DNA of 18,799 bases from a bacterium (lineage in GTDB: Bacteria; Arandabacterota; Arandabacteria; Arandabacterales; JALGWA01): the NCBI GenBank assembly GCA_050125095.1, contig JASFEA010000060.1, positions 1-18,799 of the forward strand, read 5' to 3'. This document shows positions 15,327 to 18,799 of the stretch, in pieces (position 1 is the stretch's first letter; the number at the start of each line of letters is the position of its first letter). Both the position numbers and the translations under genes were made by a program. The notes below the pieces were generated by a model that did not search any database, was not told the origin of the DNA, and saw only the letters and a list, made by a program, of their open reading frames with translations.

Positions 15327-15533
15327 TCAGTAGTCCGCGATGGCGATTGCCTCAGGTGCCGTTTCCTCAGCTGCCTCGGCGGATGATTCTTCCTTGGGAG
15401 CCTCAACGGCTCCAAAGCCGGGAATCTGGGCTTGAACAGGAGCCTGGATACATAACAGCGTCATGCAGAACAAGCTGATCTTCACGGCAGCGGATAAAGC
15501 CCCTGATGACTTGGATTCAGGTCTGATAAGCAT
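15327..15533 (-). pseudogene. Probable truncated N-terminus of a secreted or membrane protein (68 aa)
   Basis: Starts 2 nt after the CDF stop with a GAGGT RBS. Signal peptide (..LLCIQAPVQA) plus an acidic linker, then an early stop. Confidence 0.45.
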
Positions 15534-15535
15534 CC

Positions 15536-16489
15536 CTACCTCTTTAACTGATCGGCATCCGGATCCCATCTGGCATCCGCGGTGAATACCACGTCCAGAA
15601 TCGTGCCCGGCATGTCTTTCTGAAGCGCATCCCAAATCCTCTCGCGGATTTCATCCTGTGCCAGAAGGCCGGCGGGCTCAAAGTCACGTGGAAGCACCAC
15701 ATGCGCCGACACGTATCGCATACGGCCGGGCTGCACCACCCGCACAAAGACCTGCTCCACGGGCAGATCACGGATACAGGACTCGACGACAGCCTTGATG
15801 CGCTCTCTCACCTTGACCGATGGCGCGCGATTGAGCATTTCCATCAGAGCCCGCCAGGCCTGCCTTGCCGGCACCGAAATGGTTACCACAACCAGGGCGA
15901 TCACCAACACCGGGTCGACATATGGCAGCAGGTGATCGGCCCCGAGCGCATGAATGAGATACATACTGAGGAAAGCAAGAAGGACCGCGGTGGAAACCGC
16001 GCCGTTTACCATCCAGTTGGCCGCATCGGCCCTCAGAAGGGGGCTATTGGTTCTCTTCGAGACGTGCCTCACGCCCAGGAAAGCGCTCCAGCAGGCCACG
16101 GTCGCAAAGACCGCGTATCCCACGGCCGCCCCTGCTTCGATCTCGCGCCCACCGCTTGCGGCAGCCTCTGCAGCGCCTGCAAGGGCAATGAGGGACATCC
16201 CGAGAACCAGGGCGCCCTTAACTCCATTAATGAGAGGCTCGAAATAGGCGAAGCCGAAGGGAAACTCCTCGTCACCCGGTTCCCTCAGGAGCCGGGCGAT
16301 CCTTAGTGTGAAGAGACCCGTAAGGAAGTAGATGATGTTAAATACACCGTCCAGGAGAATGGCCTGTGATGAGCTCAAATAGACAAAGACAAACGCGACG
16401 CATCCCACCACAAGGCAGGTGACGGCAGAGATCAAGAGACCCCGGCGCTCAGTGGTGTATTCTGCTTTTTCAGGCGCGGACATCTCCAT
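15536..16489 (-). CDS. Cation diffusion facilitator (CDF) family transporter
   Basis: About 6 hydrophobic segments, 'SQAILLDG', 'FPFGF..FEP', 'SPLLRAD' and 'DP' motifs, and a C-terminal dimerisation domain. Start at ATG 16489 or 16483. Confidence 0.9.
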   Translation of the reverse strand: MEMSAPEKAEYTTERRGLLISAVTCLVVGCVAFVFVYLSSSQAILLDGVFNIIYFLTGLFTLRIARLLREPGDEEFPFGFAYFEPLINGVKGALVLGMSLIALAGAAEAAASGGREIEAGAAVGYAVFATVACWSAFLGVRHVSKRTNSPLLRADAANWMVNGAVSTAVLLAFLSMYLIHALGADHLLPYVDPVLVIALVVVTISVPARQAWRALMEMLNRAPSVKVRERIKAVVESCIRDLPVEQVFVRVVQPGRMRYVSAHVVLPRDFEPAGLLAQDEIRERIWDALQKDMPGTILDVVFTADARWDPDADQLKR

Positions 16490-16667
16490 GCCGGGATTAT
16501 ATGCGTCAATCATGCCGGACACAATGCATTTTGTCGGTACGGCGGGGTTGTTTGCGCTCTGCCGTGACGGTGGTCTCTCCCGTATGTCCGTATTCAAGTC
16601 CTTGAAAAAGCATGCATCCACGTGTTAGTAATCTGGGGGGGGGAGCATAGCCCTTCTGGACGAGGAG

Positions 16668-18791
16668 ATGGAAATGATCAGTAGTATCACAATTGCATGG
16701 TCAGCCGCTGCGGCGGTTTGTTTGACCCTCGGGCTCATATACCTGTTCGTATGGCTGCGCCACCGGACTTCGCTCGCCCACCTGCTCTTCAGTATTTCAG
16801 CCTTCGGGGCAGGAGGAAACGCTTTGGCCGAGCTCGCGATGCTCCGTTCAGGCGCTGTGGGCCCCTATATCCAGGTACTCAAGTACTCACATGTCTTCAT
16901 CTTCATGCTGCTGGTCGGCCTGGTGTGGTTTGCTTATCACTACTTCGGCACAGCCCGCAGGTGGCTGGCTGTCGCGATAACGGCTTGCTGGGTCCTGATA
17001 CTGCTGATCAACTTCGCGGCTCCTTACGGGACCAACTATTCGGATGTTTCAGGCCTTCGCGAACTCGCACTGCCGGGAGGAGAGCGCTACTCCCTGGCCG
17101 CCGGCACGAACAGCCCCTGGAGACTCCTGGCCGACATCAGCATCCTTGCCATTGTAGTCTATGTGATCGATGCGGCCGTGCGGGCCCGGCGCCTCGGCGG
17201 ACTGCGGGGCACGATCTCCGTGGGTGTGAGCGTCACCGCCTTCTTCCTGGCGGCTGGAACTCACTCGGCCCTGGTCGACATGGGCATAGTGAATTCGCCA
17301 TATCTCGTGACCTTTGCATTCATGGGGATCATCTTCGTGATGGGCCTGCAGTTGAGCAGTGACGTGGTGCGGGCCTCCGTGATGTCAAAGGAAATAGCTG
17401 CCAATGAGCGCAGGTGGCGGACCCTGCTTGAGCAGGTGCACCTGCTTGTTGTCGGGATGGGTCCCGACGGGACCACCAACTATGTCAATCCCAGACTGCT
17501 AGAGAAGACGGGATACCGGAAACAGGACGTACTCGGCAAGGACTGGTTCAGGCTTTTTCACCCTGTTGGCGAGAGCGAACGATCCCGTGCCGACTATGAA
17601 GACTACATTCATGGCGGCTCTTATCCCCATTATCGGAGTACAATCGTGGGAAAAGACGGCTCCGAGCTTGTGGTTGCCTGGTCCAATGTCAGGCTGCACG
17701 ACCAAGACGGCAGGGTAATCGGCTCTCTGAGCATCGGTGCGGATGTCACAGATGAAGTGGCGGCTTTTAAGGAGATCGAGAACCTCAAGGAGCGCCTCTA
17801 TGAGGAGAACGTCTATCTCAAGGAGGAGGTGGTTCTCGACCACGATTACGGGCACATAATCTATGATAGCGACGAGCTGAGATATGTATTGAGCCGCGTT
17901 TCACAGGTGGCGCCCACCGATACCACGGTCCTGATCGAGGGGGAAACCGGGGTGGGAAAGGAGCTGGTCGCACGGGCGGTCCATGAGGCGAGTCCCCGCA
18001 AGGACAGGCCCCTGATCAAGGTCAATTGCGCCGCCATCCCGGCCGGGCTCCTGGAAAGTGAGCTCTTCGGATATATGAGAGGAGCCTTCACAGGCGCCCA
18101 CAGGGACAGAAAGGGCCGGTTCCAGCTGGCGGACGGCGGGACGATATTCCTGGACGAGATAGGCGAGCTCCCGCTGGAGCTCCAGCCCAAGCTCCTGAGA
18201 GTACTTGAAGAGGGCGAGTTCACGCCGCTCGGAGGCACTCGCACCTTGAAAGTGGATGTCCGCGTGATTGTCACGACCAACCGGGAGCTTAAGCGGGAAA
18301 CGGCCGCCGGAAACTTCCGGCAGGACCTTTACCACCGGCTGAGCACATATCCCGTCACCATTCCTCCCCTGAGAAAGCGCAAGGGCGATATCCAACCCCT
18401 GGTTGAGGCCTTCGTCGAGCGATTTGCGCGGAAACTTGGCAAGCAAATCAACCAGGTTCCAAGGGAGGTTGTGGACGCTCTCTGCGCCTACCCCTGGCCC
18501 GGCAATGTCCGCGAGCTCCGAAATGTAATCGAGAGGGCCGTCATAGGTACCAATGGGCCTGTGCTCAGGCTGGCCGAGGATCTCGGGCAGCCGGCCGCTG
18601 AGACGAGCCAGCCAGGCGGGGCTGCAAGCAATATGACCCTGGAGCAGGCGGAGCGGACCCACATCCTGTCAGTCCTCAAGAAGTGCAACTGGAGAATCGA
18701 GGGCGAGAGCGGGGCCGCCAGGCAGCTGGACATCAACCCCAGCACTCTCCGTAACCGGATCAAGAAGCTCAGGATCGAGCGGCCCTCCTAG
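16668..18791 (+). CDS. Sigma-54-dependent transcriptional activator: multi-TM N-terminus + PAS + AAA+ + Fis-type HTH
   Basis: About 7 TM helices, PAS, GETGVGKE, ESELFG, GAFTGA, FLDEIGE, WPGNVREL and a C-terminal HTH. RBS GAGGAG. Confidence 0.95.
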   Translation: MEMISSITIAWSAAAAVCLTLGLIYLFVWLRHRTSLAHLLFSISAFGAGGNALAELAMLRSGAVGPYIQVLKYSHVFIFMLLVGLVWFAYHYFGTARRWLAVAITACWVLILLINFAAPYGTNYSDVSGLRELALPGGERYSLAAGTNSPWRLLADISILAIVVYVIDAAVRARRLGGLRGTISVGVSVTAFFLAAGTHSALVDMGIVNSPYLVTFAFMGIIFVMGLQLSSDVVRASVMSKEIAANERRWRTLLEQVHLLVVGMGPDGTTNYVNPRLLEKTGYRKQDVLGKDWFRLFHPVGESERSRADYEDYIHGGSYPHYRSTIVGKDGSELVVAWSNVRLHDQDGRVIGSLSIGADVTDEVAAFKEIENLKERLYEENVYLKEEVVLDHDYGHIIYDSDELRYVLSRVSQVAPTDTTVLIEGETGVGKELVARAVHEASPRKDRPLIKVNCAAIPAGLLESELFGYMRGAFTGAHRDRKGRFQLADGGTIFLDEIGELPLELQPKLLRVLEEGEFTPLGGTRTLKVDVRVIVTTNRELKRETAAGNFRQDLYHRLSTYPVTIPPLRKRKGDIQPLVEAFVERFARKLGKQINQVPREVVDALCAYPWPGNVRELRNVIERAVIGTNGPVLRLAEDLGQPAAETSQPGGAASNMTLEQAERTHILSVLKKCNWRIEGESGAARQLDINPSTLRNRIKKLRIERPS

Positions 18792-18799
18792 CGACGACA

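Noticed and set aside
17901-18662. 253-aa minus-strand ORF (also 2661-3347 and 15701-16306)
   Set aside because: Antisense to well-supported genes; typical of high-GC codon bias.

Overview
GC-rich bacterial DNA, most likely from a diderm (outer-membrane barrels; FlgD-Ig and WGxIK-tailed secreted proteins of the kind I associate with FCB-related candidate phyla, which is an inference). The left arm (1-3335) encodes two SphA/MetA-pathway-type barrels and an Omp85/BamA-TamA protein. The right arm (13.3-18.8 kb) holds a DUF1214 remnant, a PAS-PP2C phosphatase, a ~200-bp element with terminal inverted repeats, a CDF transporter and a membrane-bound PAS sigma-54 activator. Between them lies a ~9.8-kb mosaic (about 3333-13181). 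It opens with an orphan 3' tail of an rRNA operon (end of 23S, spacer, internally deleted 5S) and a second degenerate 5S, which together bracket a zeta-like P-loop gene pair. Next comes an IS91/ISCR-type rolling-circle transposase present only as three fragments (one 5' part and two 3' parts, each ending in an oriIS-like end). The fragments are interleaved with cargo: a 14-repeat LVIVD protein, two unrelated secreted proteins sharing a C-terminal (S/T)WGxIK motif, and a phage ParB/terminase-small-subunit scrap. The best candidates for new biology are Helitron-like gene capture by non-autonomous IS91/ISCR modules that includes rRNA pieces, and the WGxIK C-terminal putative sorting signal.
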